A stretch of 64,000 nt of DNA, from NCBI RefSeq assembly GCF_902766885.1, contig NZ_CACXFS010000036.1. One strand, 5' to 3'. Under the pieces are notes generated by a model that saw only the letters and a program-made list of their open reading frames with translations, searched no databases and was not told the origin of the DNA. Each line of letters opens with the position of its first letter. Position 1 is the stretch's first letter. The stretch comes from an uncultured Ruminococcus sp. Lineage in GTDB: Bacteria; Bacillota; Clostridia; Oscillospirales; Acutalibacteraceae. This document shows, piece by piece, positions 38,353 to 47,704 of the stretch. A program made the translations under genes and the position numbers.

Positions 38353-41300
38353 CTATTTTGTCGCTACATTTTTATCTCCGAGCTGGAATTTGAGTTCTTT
38401 TATCATTACATCATTAAGCGAAACCCACATAGACGAGGGTGCTTTAACCTTTCTGTTTGAATTTGTAAGATAAAAAATGACCGGTGTAGGACCTTCAAAA
38501 ATATCGAGCACACGCTTTGCCTTAACATAAAGCTCAGTGTTTAAATCGTCAATGCGCAGATACAGAGCAGACGGTTTTGTATTGACAGGCTTTGCAGGTA
38601 TATTACGTGCTTGCTGTCCTGCATTAAGTGCAAAGTTGTTGTTTTTACATTCCTCATTTGAGCGAGCTTTTTCGATTGTATCGCAAATAAGCTTTGGTTC
38701 TTCGTTTTCTTTAAAATTCAGCGTTCCCCGAATTAAAATTGCGTTTCCGTCGCTTAAATACAGTGCGTACTTTTCATAGACATTCGGAAAAATAACTGCT
38801 TCCATTGAGCCGTATCTGTCCTCAATATTCACAAAAGCCATCATTTTGTTGTTCTTGGTAAGCTGAGTTTTGACCTTTGATACAATGCAGACAAGCGACA
38901 CCTTTTTGCCGTCAAAATAGAGTCCCGAATCATTTGAAATAATCTCGCCCGTTCTGTCAGCCTTAATGATTCGTGAAAATTCTGTATAATCGTCCATCGG
39001 GTGACCGCTTAGATACATTCCTGCAATTTCATTTTCCATATGAAGAAGCTCATTTTTTGGGAATTCCTCCATATCGGGAATTTGCGGCTCGGAGGAAGTT
39101 TTACGGGTTTCTCCTCCCAAATCGAAAAATGAAATCTGACCGCCCATATTGCGCTTTGACTCGTAATCCAAATCGTCAAGAACTGTCTTGCTTACTGCAA
39201 GGAGCTGACGGCGGTTTGCACCCAGTGTATCGAAAGCACCGCATTTTATAAGGCTTTCAATTGCCCTGCTGTTCATATTCCTGCCGTAAAGACGCTTGCA
39301 GAAGTCATAAAATGATTTATACGGCTTGTATCTTCTTTCAGCAATAATTTCATCAATAAACTGCCTTCCGAGGTTTTTAATTGCAAGCAAGCCGTAGCGG
39401 ATATTACCGCCTGTTACGGAAAATCCGTGATTACTTTCGTTCACATCGGGCGGAAGTACTTTGATTCCGAGGCGCTGACATTCGCCGATATAAACTGCCA
39501 TTTTGTTCTGATTATCAAGAACGCTTGAAAGCAGAGCTGCCATATACTCACGAGGGTAATAGCACTTGAGCCACGCTGTTTTGTAAGATATTGAAGCGTA
39601 TGCCGCTGCGTGGGATTTATTGAAAGCATAGGACGCAAAGCTTTCCATTTCATCATAAATGGAATTTGCAGTTTTTTCATCAATACCCCGTCTTATGCAG
39701 CCGTCAACAATAATATTTCCGTTTTCATCGGTAAGACCGTGAATGAAAATATTTCTTTCCTTTTCCATTACGGCGTGCTTTTTCTTGCTCATTGCACGGC
39801 GCACAATGTCAGCACGTCCGAGGCTGTAGCCTGCAAGTGTTCTGAAAATCTGCATTACCTGCTCCTGATAGACAATACAGCCGTAGGTTACTTCAAGAAT
39901 TTCTTTGAGCATTGGGTGCTTATATCGTATATGCGATGGGTTGTGTCGGCAGTCGATGTAGGTAGGGATACTGTCCATAGGTCCGGGGCGGTAAAGAGAA
40001 AGTACAGCTATCAAATCCTCAACGCTGTCTGGCTTTAGCTGGGTAAGCACATTGCGCATACCCTGACTTTCAAACTGGAACACACCCTCGGTATAGCCTT
40101 TTGAAATCATATTAAAGACATTTTCATCGTCTTCCCTGACATTTTCGGGATTGTATTCGGGGTAATTGTGCTTTATAAGCTTTTCGGCATCGTCAATTAC
40201 AGTTAAATTGCGCAGTCCGAGAAAATCCATTTTGAGCAGACCGAGTTCTTCAAGGGTTGTCATAGTAAACTGCGTTACTACATTATCATCATTTTTAGAA
40301 AGCGGAACATAGTCGGAAACAGGCTTGTCGGTAATTACCACGCCTGCGGCGTGCATTGTAGCGTGACGCGGCATTCCCTCAATGCTCATTGCAATATCGA
40401 GTAGATTTTTTGTCTGCTCGTCCTCGCTGTAGCGTTTATTAAGCTCTGAACTGATTTTGAGTGCCTTTTCAATTGTTATGTTAAGCTCCATTGGAACGAG
40501 CTTTGCAATAACGTCAACTGTTGCGTACGGAATTGCAAGCGCCCTGCCGACGTCACGAATTGCGCCTCTTGCCGCCATTGTTCCGAAAGAGATAATCTGA
40601 GCAACGTGGTCATCACCATACTTACGGACTACATAATCGATTACCTCTCCCCTGCGTTCCTTGCAGAAGTCAATATCGAAGTCGGGCATACTGACACGTT
40701 CGGGATTTAAAAATCGTTCAAACAGCAGATTGTATTTTATCGGGTCAATTGCAGTAATTCCGATACAATATGCACAAAGCGAGCCTGCGCCCGAGCCTCT
40801 GCCGGGACCTACGGGAATTCCGTTTGACTTTGCATACTGAACAAAGTCGTTTACGATTAAATAATAATCGACAAATCCCATTTTCGAAACTGTGCTTATT
40901 TCGTATTCAAGTCGGTCAATAAGGCTTTTATCGGGATTTTCGCCGTAGTGCTTATACAAACCCTTGTAGCAATTCCTTCTGAAATATTCAAGATGGTCTT
41001 CGTTGTTGGGAACGTCAAAGCGTGGAAGCTTGCGTACACCGAACTCAAACTCAACGTTGCATCTGTCCGCAATTTTCTGTGTATTCTCAATTGCCTGCGG
41101 ATATTTCGGGAAAAGCTCACGCATTTCTTCTTCGGTTTTCAGATAGAACTCATTGGTCTGGAACTCCATTCTATCGTTATCGTTTATAGTGCGGTTCGTC
41201 TGGATACAAAGTAAAATATTGTGAATTTTACTGTCCTCTTTTTCGATATAGTGGCTGTCGTTTGTTGCGACAATATCAACGCCGATTTCATCTGCTATGC

Positions 41301-41868
41301 GGATAAGGTTTGGGATAATCCTCTGCTGTTCTTCAATTCCGTGGTCCTGAAGTTCAATAAAAAAATTATCTTTGCCGAACAAATCACGGTAATACTCTGC
41401 TTTGGCTTTAGCACCGTTATAATCACCGTCGAGGAGCTTTTGCGGAATTTCACCTGCAAGGCAGGCTGAAAGGCAGATTAATCCCTCGTGATATTTTTCA
41501 AGAAGTTCGTCATCAATTCTCGGTTTTGAATAGAATCCTTCCGTAAAGCCGTAAGAAACGAGCTTAATAAGATTCTGATAGCCGACGTTATTCTCACAAA
41601 GGAGCACCATATGATAGTACTTTTCATATGACGAGGTTTTGTCAAAGCGCGAGTGAGGCGCAACGTAGACCTCACAGCCGATAACAGGTTTAATGTTTTC
41701 TTTGATACACGCTCTGTAAAAGTCAATTACGCCGTACATTACGCCGTGGTCGGTTATTGCAAGTGAGGTCATACCCTTCTGACGTGCGGCAGACGCTATT
41801 TTATTTATGCGGCACGCACCGTCAAGCAGGCTGTATTCGGTATGAACGTGCAAATGTGCAAAAGCCAT
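38353..41868 (-). CDS. dnaE: DNA polymerase III alpha subunit (DnaE type)
   Basis: About 1171 aa. PHP domain MAFAHLHVHTEYSLLDG, catalytic PDFDIDF and a C-terminal OB fold. The ATG lies 2 nt after the xseA stop. Confidence 0.95.
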   Translation of the reverse strand: MAFAHLHVHTEYSLLDGACRINKIASAARQKGMTSLAITDHGVMYGVIDFYRACIKENIKPVIGCEVYVAPHSRFDKTSSYEKYYHMVLLCENNVGYQNLIKLVSYGFTEGFYSKPRIDDELLEKYHEGLICLSACLAGEIPQKLLDGDYNGAKAKAEYYRDLFGKDNFFIELQDHGIEEQQRIIPNLIRIADEIGVDIVATNDSHYIEKEDSKIHNILLCIQTNRTINDNDRMEFQTNEFYLKTEEEMRELFPKYPQAIENTQKIADRCNVEFEFGVRKLPRFDVPNNEDHLEYFRRNCYKGLYKHYGENPDKSLIDRLEYEISTVSKMGFVDYYLIVNDFVQYAKSNGIPVGPGRGSGAGSLCAYCIGITAIDPIKYNLLFERFLNPERVSMPDFDIDFCKERRGEVIDYVVRKYGDDHVAQIISFGTMAARGAIRDVGRALAIPYATVDVIAKLVPMELNITIEKALKISSELNKRYSEDEQTKNLLDIAMSIEGMPRHATMHAAGVVITDKPVSDYVPLSKNDDNVVTQFTMTTLEELGLLKMDFLGLRNLTVIDDAEKLIKHNYPEYNPENVREDDENVFNMISKGYTEGVFQFESQGMRNVLTQLKPDSVEDLIAVLSLYRPGPMDSIPTYIDCRHNPSHIRYKHPMLKEILEVTYGCIVYQEQVMQIFRTLAGYSLGRADIVRRAMSKKKHAVMEKERNIFIHGLTDENGNIIVDGCIRRGIDEKTANSIYDEMESFASYAFNKSHAAAYASISYKTAWLKCYYPREYMAALLSSVLDNQNKMAVYIGECQRLGIKVLPPDVNESNHGFSVTGGNIRYGLLAIKNLGRQFIDEIIAERRYKPYKSFYDFCKRLYGRNMNSRAIESLIKCGAFDTLGANRRQLLAVSKTVLDDLDYESKRNMGGQISFFDLGGETRKTSSEPQIPDMEEFPKNELLHMENEIAGMYLSGHPMDDYTEFSRIIKADRTGEIISNDSGLYFDGKKVSLVCIVSKVKTQLTKNNKMMAFVNIEDRYGSMEAVIFPNVYEKYALYLSDGNAILIRGTLNFKENEEPKLICDTIEKARSNEECKNNNFALNAGQQARNIPAKPVNTKPSALYLRIDDLNTELYVKAKRVLDIFEGPTPVIFYLTNSNRKVKAPSSMWVSLNDVMIKELKFQLGDKNVATK

Positions 41869-41870
41869 AA

Positions 41871-43085
41871 TCAATCACCGTTTACTGTTGCATTGATTTT
41901 TCCGTCAGAAAACTCAAGCGTGAAATTATCACACTTGTTTAGCTGTGAGCTTGATGTGATTACACTGCCGTCTTTTTCGGCTATTGAGTAACCTCTTGAA
42001 AGTATTGAAAGAGGATTCAGGCTTTCAAGCTTGGCGGAAATTTTTGTTATATCATTTGATTTTTCATTATACTTTTCGTTAATTAAATTCTGTGATTTAT
42101 TCAGTAACAGTTCCATGTTTTTCTCATACTTTTCAATTTTTGACTGAGGAGATACAAGGGAAATTCTACGCTGAAAATCAATCAGCTGTGAACTGCTTTT
42201 TCTGAATTGTGAATCCATAAAGGATGAAAGATACTGTAGCTGTGAACTATAATAAGACATTAATTCGGATTTGTCGGGAACTGCAAGCTCAGCCGCCGCC
42301 GATGGAGTCGGCGCACGCATATCCGAAACGAAGTCGCAGATTGTAAAATCGGTTTCGTGACCGACTGCGGAAATTACGGGGATAGTGCAGTCATAAATTG
42401 CATTAGCAAGCGTTTCGTCGTTAAACGCCCATAAATCCTCTATTGACCCGCCGCCCCTGCCGATGATTATTACATCGCAGGCTTTATACATATCAAGCGT
42501 TTTCACTGCACGTACAAGCTGTTCGGGTGCACTGTCACCCTGAACAAGAACGGGGCACATAACGATATTTACACAGGGAAATCTTCTGTAGAGAATGTTG
42601 CGTATATCCTGAACAGCCGCACCTGTCGGGGATGTTATCACACCGACTGTTTTTGGAAATTTAGGCAAAGGCTTTTTGTGTGCAGAATCAAAAAGTCCTT
42701 TTTCTGCAAGTTTCTTTTTTAGCTGTTCATAGGCAAGCGTAAGCGCACCGATTCCGTCGGGCTGCATATCTTCGATATAGAGCTGATACTGACCTGTAGG
42801 CTCGTAAACAGCTACTCTGCCTCGGCAAATTACTTTCATTCCGTCTGTCGGCTTAAAGCGAAGATTTCTTGCGTTGCCCGCAAACATTACGGCACGAATT
42901 ACTGACTTTTCATCTTTTAGTGAAAGATAGATATGTCCGCTCCGGTAGTGGTCAGTGAGATTTGAAATTTCGCCGGACAAAAAGACAATATTCAGTTTTG
43001 AATCATTTTCAATCAGCGATTTGATGTAAAAATTAAGCTGTGAAACTGTAAGCACTCTCGGGGCTGTAAAATTAGGTGTATACAT
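41871..43085 (-). CDS. xseA: Exodeoxyribonuclease VII large subunit
   Basis: The start is taken at MYTPNFTAPRVLTVSQLNFYIKSL. Motifs GEISNL, GVITSPTGAA, IIGRGGGS and GHETD are present. Confidence 0.9.
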   Translation of the reverse strand: MYTPNFTAPRVLTVSQLNFYIKSLIENDSKLNIVFLSGEISNLTDHYRSGHIYLSLKDEKSVIRAVMFAGNARNLRFKPTDGMKVICRGRVAVYEPTGQYQLYIEDMQPDGIGALTLAYEQLKKKLAEKGLFDSAHKKPLPKFPKTVGVITSPTGAAVQDIRNILYRRFPCVNIVMCPVLVQGDSAPEQLVRAVKTLDMYKACDVIIIGRGGGSIEDLWAFNDETLANAIYDCTIPVISAVGHETDFTICDFVSDMRAPTPSAAAELAVPDKSELMSYYSSQLQYLSSFMDSQFRKSSSQLIDFQRRISLVSPQSKIEKYEKNMELLLNKSQNLINEKYNEKSNDITKISAKLESLNPLSILSRGYSIAEKDGSVITSSSQLNKCDNFTLEFSDGKINATVNGD

Positions 43086-44016
43086 TTTTAAACTTCCTGT
43101 ATGCAAGATATGCAATTCCTGCCGCATTGTCGGTTGAGTAGCACGGCTCGGCAAAAACAGCATTGTATTTTTCTGTAAAAGAATTTTTAATTATTGTATT
43201 AGACATAACTCCGCCTGCAAAAACAAGCGGAAGTTTGCCGTATTTTTCAAGCAGTCTGTCGGTCATCATCATAAGAGTTTTTCTGATGTATTCAAGGCAG
43301 TAAGCTGAAATATATTCAGCCCTTTTACCTTCATTAAGTAATCTTTTGCAGATATTTTCAATTCCGCTCAAGCAGCAGTCACAGCCCTTTAAACTTGGGT
43401 GGACACTAAATTTTTCCGTATTTTTAAGTGCAAGCTTTTCAAGCTCTGCGCCGCAGGGGAAGTCAAGTCCGAGCATTACACCCACTCTGTCTACTGCCTG
43501 TCCTGCGTGCAAATCAAGCGAAGATGCGACAAGCTCAGCAGAAAAGCTGTCACCGTTTCCTTTTGCAAGCACAGCTTCGGTTGTGCCGCCGCTGACGTGA
43601 AAAGCAATAAAATTTTTCGAAAATAAATCATCTTGATTTGCACTGTAGAGAGCCGCCGAAATATGCCCCTCCTGATGTGAAAAAGGAAAAAGAGGAATTC
43701 TGAGCGCTGATGATAAAATTTTTGCCGTGTTTTCTCCGACAGTGAAACACGGCATATAAGAGCCGTCAATCGGACGGGGCTTCGTGGACACTCCGATTGC
43801 GGCTATCTGATTAACATCAATATCCTTTACAAGTTCTGAAAAAAGCGAATGTAACTTCACTGTGTGGTGAAATACAGCGTCACGCTGACGAAGTCCGAGC
43901 TGACCGTGCTTTACGGGCAAAAGCTTTTTCTGCTGGAGCATTTCACCTGTTTTGCTGTTAAAAATCGCAGTTGATGTGGTGTAATTAGATGTATCAATTC
44001 CGATAAAAAGGCTCAT
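43072..44016 (-). CDS. Divergent TsaD/Kae1 (ASKHA, peptidase M22) family paralog
   Basis: 314 aa with GIDTSNYTTS, metal motif SHQEGH, VSGGTT (GGHT in canonical TsaD), AGGVMSN and STDNAAGIAY. Confidence 0.55.
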   Translation of the reverse strand: MSLFIGIDTSNYTTSTAIFNSKTGEMLQQKKLLPVKHGQLGLRQRDAVFHHTVKLHSLFSELVKDIDVNQIAAIGVSTKPRPIDGSYMPCFTVGENTAKILSSALRIPLFPFSHQEGHISAALYSANQDDLFSKNFIAFHVSGGTTEAVLAKGNGDSFSAELVASSLDLHAGQAVDRVGVMLGLDFPCGAELEKLALKNTEKFSVHPSLKGCDCCLSGIENICKRLLNEGKRAEYISAYCLEYIRKTLMMMTDRLLEKYGKLPLVFAGGVMSNTIIKNSFTEKYNAVFAEPCYSTDNAAGIAYLAYRKFKNVYT

Positions 44017-44450
44017 TTTGTTTCCTCATTACTGCGGATAAATGCACCAAGAATTCCGTTGACAAATTTACTTTCGTCAATTGTGTATTTCTTTGCAAGC
44101 TCCACAGCCTCGTTTACCGATACGCTGTCGGGTACGCTGTCAAGGTATTTTATCTCGTAAAATGCAAGGCGGAGAATTGCAAGAGAGGGCTTTGAAATTC
44201 TTGAAATTGTCCAGCCCTTTTTAAGAAATTTTGAAATTTCAGCGTCAATTTCGTCTTTTTTATCTTCAATTGCACTTACCACCGACTGTGCATAGCCGCA
44301 AACTCCGCCCTCAAACATTTCGGAATTATCTTCAATTGTAGCTTCGAGCGGTTCATCATCAAAAGATTTTGAGAACAAAAGCATAAAAGCCTGTTCCCTC
44401 GCTTCACTTCTTGTAAGCTTTATCTGTTCGCTGTTTAATTCATTGCTCAT
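44013..44450 (-). CDS. nusB: Transcription antitermination factor NusB
   Basis: 145 aa. REQAFMLLF and LAILRLAFYEIKYLDSVPDSVSVNEAVELAKKY. Confidence 0.88.
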   Translation of the reverse strand: MSNELNSEQIKLTRSEAREQAFMLLFSKSFDDEPLEATIEDNSEMFEGGVCGYAQSVVSAIEDKKDEIDAEISKFLKKGWTISRISKPSLAILRLAFYEIKYLDSVPDSVSVNEAVELAKKYTIDESKFVNGILGAFIRSNEETK

Positions 44451-44519
44451 TTTTCTACCAACTTTACATTGAAATATAAAATATTATACCATATTGAAAC
44501 AAAAATGTAAATTACTTTG

Positions 44520-44561
44520 ATAAATAAGTGCAGAAAACATCTGCAAACATTTTCTGCACTT
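44520..44561 (-). terminator. Hairpin downstream of the P-type ATPase gene
   Basis: aagtgcagaaaa / ttttctgcactt 12-bp stem. The downstream tract on the minus strand is only moderately T-rich. Confidence 0.45.
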
Positions 44562-44580
44562 AAGAATTTAAATTATGGAA

Positions 44581-47208
44581 TTATTTTTTTAGACGTTCGA
44601 AAATTACCTTTACAAGCTGAATGATAATTGTGGGAATTACTGCGAGCAGTCCGATAAATCCTATCTGTGCGCCTGTGAGTGTTTCAACGCTGAACAGCGG
44701 ATGCATAAACGGAACAAAGAGTACGAACGAAAGCAGGAACACACCGACAAAGAATGCTGCTACGCTGTAGAGATTTGAAGTAAAGCCGAGTTTGAAAATC
44801 GAGTGGCGGCTTCTGCAATTAAAGCCATGGAAAAGACGAGCAAGCGTGAGCGTCGCAAAAGCCATTGTACTTGCGGTTGCAGCGTTAACCTGATAACCGA
44901 GATAAAAGGCAACGAGCGTTACTGCGGCAATAAGAGCACCCTGACCAAACATAAGAGCCACAAAATCCTTTGTCATTATGCCTGTTTTTGGGTCACGTGG
45001 TTTTTGTGAAAGTAAGTCCTTTTCTGGCTTTTCCATACCGATTGCAATTGCAGGCAGCGAGTCTGTGAGGAGATTTATAAACAGAAGATGAACTGCCTCA
45101 AACGGCTGAGGAAGTGCCATAATTGAGGTATAGAGAACGGCAAAGATACCCGCCATATTACCCGAAAGCAGGAAAAGAACAGCGTTTTTGATGTTTCTGA
45201 ACACGTTTCTGCCGTTTGCTACTGCTTTGATTATGGTTGCAAAGTTATCGTCCTGCAATATCATTGATGCGGCGTCTTTGGAAACCTCTGTTCCCGTAAT
45301 TCCCATTGCAACGCCGATATCGGCTTTTTTGAGTGCAGGTGCGTCATTTACGCCGTCGCCTGTCATTGAAACAATGTGACCTTTTTTCTGCCAGGCGTCA
45401 ACTATTCTGATTTTATTTTCGGGAGATACTCGTGCATAAACGGAAATTTTTTCAATCTTTTCGTCGAGTTCTTCATCACTCATTGCATCAAGCTCAAGAC
45501 CTGTTACGGCTATATCGCCGTCGTGGAAAATTCCGATTTGCTTTGCAATTGCAGTTGCTGTAATTTTGTGGTCGCCTGTAATCATTACGGGCTTTATACC
45601 GGCACGGATTGCGTCGGCAACAGCCTGCTTGGACTCCTCTCTGGGCGGGTCAATCATTGAAACAAGACCGATAAATGTGTAGTCGTATTCAGTATCAATG
45701 CTTAAAGCTTCATCGGATTCCTTGTATGCGAATGTGAGAACACGAAGTCCTTCTTCGGAATATTTTTTATTCTGTTCAAGAATCAAACGCTTATCTTCAT
45801 CAGTTATCGGACGGACGCCGTCTTTAGTAGCAATATTAATACATCTGTCAAGAATTACGTCAAGCGCACCCTTTGTAAGAATATGAGAAACACCGTGCAT
45901 TTTGTACTTAGTGCTCATCATCTTTCTGTCGGAATCAAAGGGAACTTCCTCGATTCTTGAAAGACCGTTTCTCATTATATTTTCGTCAAGTCCGATATTG
46001 CGGAAGGTTTCAAGCAGAGCGTATTCTGTCGGGTCGCCTATTCCCTTTCCGTCAACAATGCTTGAATCGTTATTGAGCACCATATCATAGAGAAGGTGTC
46101 TGTGACTTTCAATATTCAAGTCGAGCTGGTCCTCTCGGATACTCTCGCCGTTGATATAAATTTTCTGAACGGTCATTTTATTCTGAGTAAGAGTACCTGT
46201 TTTGTCGGAGCAGATTACGGAAACACAGCCTAGGCTTTCAACAGCCTTCAAATCCTTGATAACGGCGTTTTCTCTTGCCATTTTCTGCGTACCCATAGCC
46301 TGAACTATTGTGACGATTGAACCGAGCGCTTCGGGAATTGCTGCTACTGCAAGAGCAACGGCAAACATAAGAGCGTCAAGGATTTTACCCTGATTCAGTC
46401 CGACAGGCTCAACAGAGAAATTCTGCCAGAGGTTAAGACCGAAAACAACAACACAGATGATAATAATTACGGTTGCAAGCATTTTTGAAAACTTGTCAAG
46501 GCTAACCTGTAACGGAGTTTTCTTTTCTTTTGCCGAATTCATAAGGGAAGCGATTTTGCCGATCTCGGTGTTCATTCCCGTTGAGGTTACGGCTACAAGC
46601 GCTCTGCCGTAGGTTACAAGGCTACCGGAGAACACCATATTTGTTCTGTCGGCAAGAGGTACTTCACCGTTGATTACTTCATCGTTTTTATCAACATTAG
46701 TTGACTCACCCGTAAGTGAGCTTTCGTTAACCTGCAAGGAATAGTTGTTGATGATTCTTCCGTCGGCTACGATTAAGTCGCCTGCTTCCAGAACGATTAT
46801 GTCACCCTCTACAATGTCTGTTGAGTCAATTTCAATCTTCATGCCGTCACGAATTACCTTTGCGCTGGGTGACGAGAGTGACTTAAGACTTTCAAGTGAC
46901 TTTTCAGCCTTTACGTGCTGAACCGTTCCGAGAATTGCATTGAGGATAATTACGGCAAAAATTACAATTGTGCTTTCAAGGTTGCCCGAAAAAATCGAAA
47001 TAATAGCGGCAACAATCAGAATGATTACAAGTAAGTCTGCAAATTGGCTTAGAAACACCTGTAAAACCGACTTTTTCTTGCCCTCCTGCAAGACGTTTTT
47101 TCCGTTCTTTTCAAGAAGCTCGTTTGCCTTTTCTGACGTAAGCCCATCGGTCGTTACTCCGAGAGAGTTTAAAACCTCGTCTTTTGACATCTGATACCAT
47201 TGTTTCAT
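44581..47208 (-). CDS. P-type (P2, Ca2+/Mn2+-type) cation-transporting ATPase
   Basis: Motifs CSDKTGTLTQNKM, MITGDHKITA and TGDGVNDAPALKKADIG, with 10 TM helices. The start is set at MKQWYQMSKDEV (GGAGG 7 nt upstream), not at the first in-frame M of ORF 44581-47277. Confidence 0.9.
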   Translation of the reverse strand: MKQWYQMSKDEVLNSLGVTTDGLTSEKANELLEKNGKNVLQEGKKKSVLQVFLSQFADLLVIILIVAAIISIFSGNLESTIVIFAVIILNAILGTVQHVKAEKSLESLKSLSSPSAKVIRDGMKIEIDSTDIVEGDIIVLEAGDLIVADGRIINNYSLQVNESSLTGESTNVDKNDEVINGEVPLADRTNMVFSGSLVTYGRALVAVTSTGMNTEIGKIASLMNSAKEKKTPLQVSLDKFSKMLATVIIIICVVVFGLNLWQNFSVEPVGLNQGKILDALMFAVALAVAAIPEALGSIVTIVQAMGTQKMARENAVIKDLKAVESLGCVSVICSDKTGTLTQNKMTVQKIYINGESIREDQLDLNIESHRHLLYDMVLNNDSSIVDGKGIGDPTEYALLETFRNIGLDENIMRNGLSRIEEVPFDSDRKMMSTKYKMHGVSHILTKGALDVILDRCINIATKDGVRPITDEDKRLILEQNKKYSEEGLRVLTFAYKESDEALSIDTEYDYTFIGLVSMIDPPREESKQAVADAIRAGIKPVMITGDHKITATAIAKQIGIFHDGDIAVTGLELDAMSDEELDEKIEKISVYARVSPENKIRIVDAWQKKGHIVSMTGDGVNDAPALKKADIGVAMGITGTEVSKDAASMILQDDNFATIIKAVANGRNVFRNIKNAVLFLLSGNMAGIFAVLYTSIMALPQPFEAVHLLFINLLTDSLPAIAIGMEKPEKDLLSQKPRDPKTGIMTKDFVALMFGQGALIAAVTLVAFYLGYQVNAATASTMAFATLTLARLFHGFNCRSRHSIFKLGFTSNLYSVAAFFVGVFLLSFVLFVPFMHPLFSVETLTGAQIGFIGLLAVIPTIIIQLVKVIFERLKK

Positions 47209-47235
47209 TTTCTTCCTCCATAAACTACAAGGGAA

Positions 47236-47375
47236 ATAAAAAAGACTTTTATTGCAAAAGGCACCACGCCCATGCAATAAAAGTCTCGTTCTTTAAGATA
47301 TAACCGATACCATAAAAGGTATGTACTGACGATTAATATCACAGAATATCTGCGAACTACTCCCCTTTAAAGTAT
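47236..47375 (-). promoter_or_regulatory. yybP-ykoY-like (Mn2+) riboswitch leader with an intrinsic terminator expression platform
   Basis: The minus strand reads CUUUAAAGGGGAGUAG, matching the conserved AAAGGGGAGUAG of the motif. It continues ..CGCAGA-UAU-UCUGUG..GUCAGUACAUACC-UUUUAU-GGUAUCGG..AUCUUAAAG. A 14-bp terminator stem (agacttttattgca / tgcaataaaagtct) and tttttt end about 25 nt before the ATPase start. Confidence 0.6.
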
Positions 47376-47385
47376 ACTTATTTTA

Positions 47386-47649
47386 TCATAACAAATCGGA
47401 ATTGTCAACAGAATTTTCATCCTGCAAACCTTCAGTATTTTGCTTAGGCTTTTCTTTTTTAGGTTTACTCAGCATTACAAAGATTATACCCAGAAAAGCA
47501 ATGAATGCTCCGCCTGCGGAAAACACAGCGGAAAATTTAGGTCTTTCAAGCAGATACGCCACTATAATTGCGGCTATGAGCATAACTATACACACCATAA
47601 GCAGGATAAAGCCTGTTTTAAAAAGTCCGTTCATTTTACGTTTTTGCAT
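47386..47649 (-). CDS. Small two-TM membrane protein, unknown function
   Basis: ORF 47386-47679 trimmed to MQKRKMNGLF (AAGGA 9 nt upstream). It has two hydrophobic helices and an acidic C-terminal tail. Confidence 0.5.
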   Translation of the reverse strand: MQKRKMNGLFKTGFILLMVCIVMLIAAIIVAYLLERPKFSAVFSAGGAFIAFLGIIFVMLSKPKKEKPKQNTEGLQDENSVDNSDLL

Positions 47650-47668
47650 TTTATCAGTCCTTTTTAAA

Positions 47669-47704
47669 GGGAATATCACACATTTTTATTGTGCGGTGTT
47701 GCCC
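47669..47704. repeat. Degenerate copy of the GGGCAAYACCGCA hairpin element, overlapping the rsmA stop codon
   Basis: gggaatatcacaca-tttttat-tgtgcggtgttgccc. Positions 47688-47707 are identical to 21117-21136. Confidence 0.55.
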
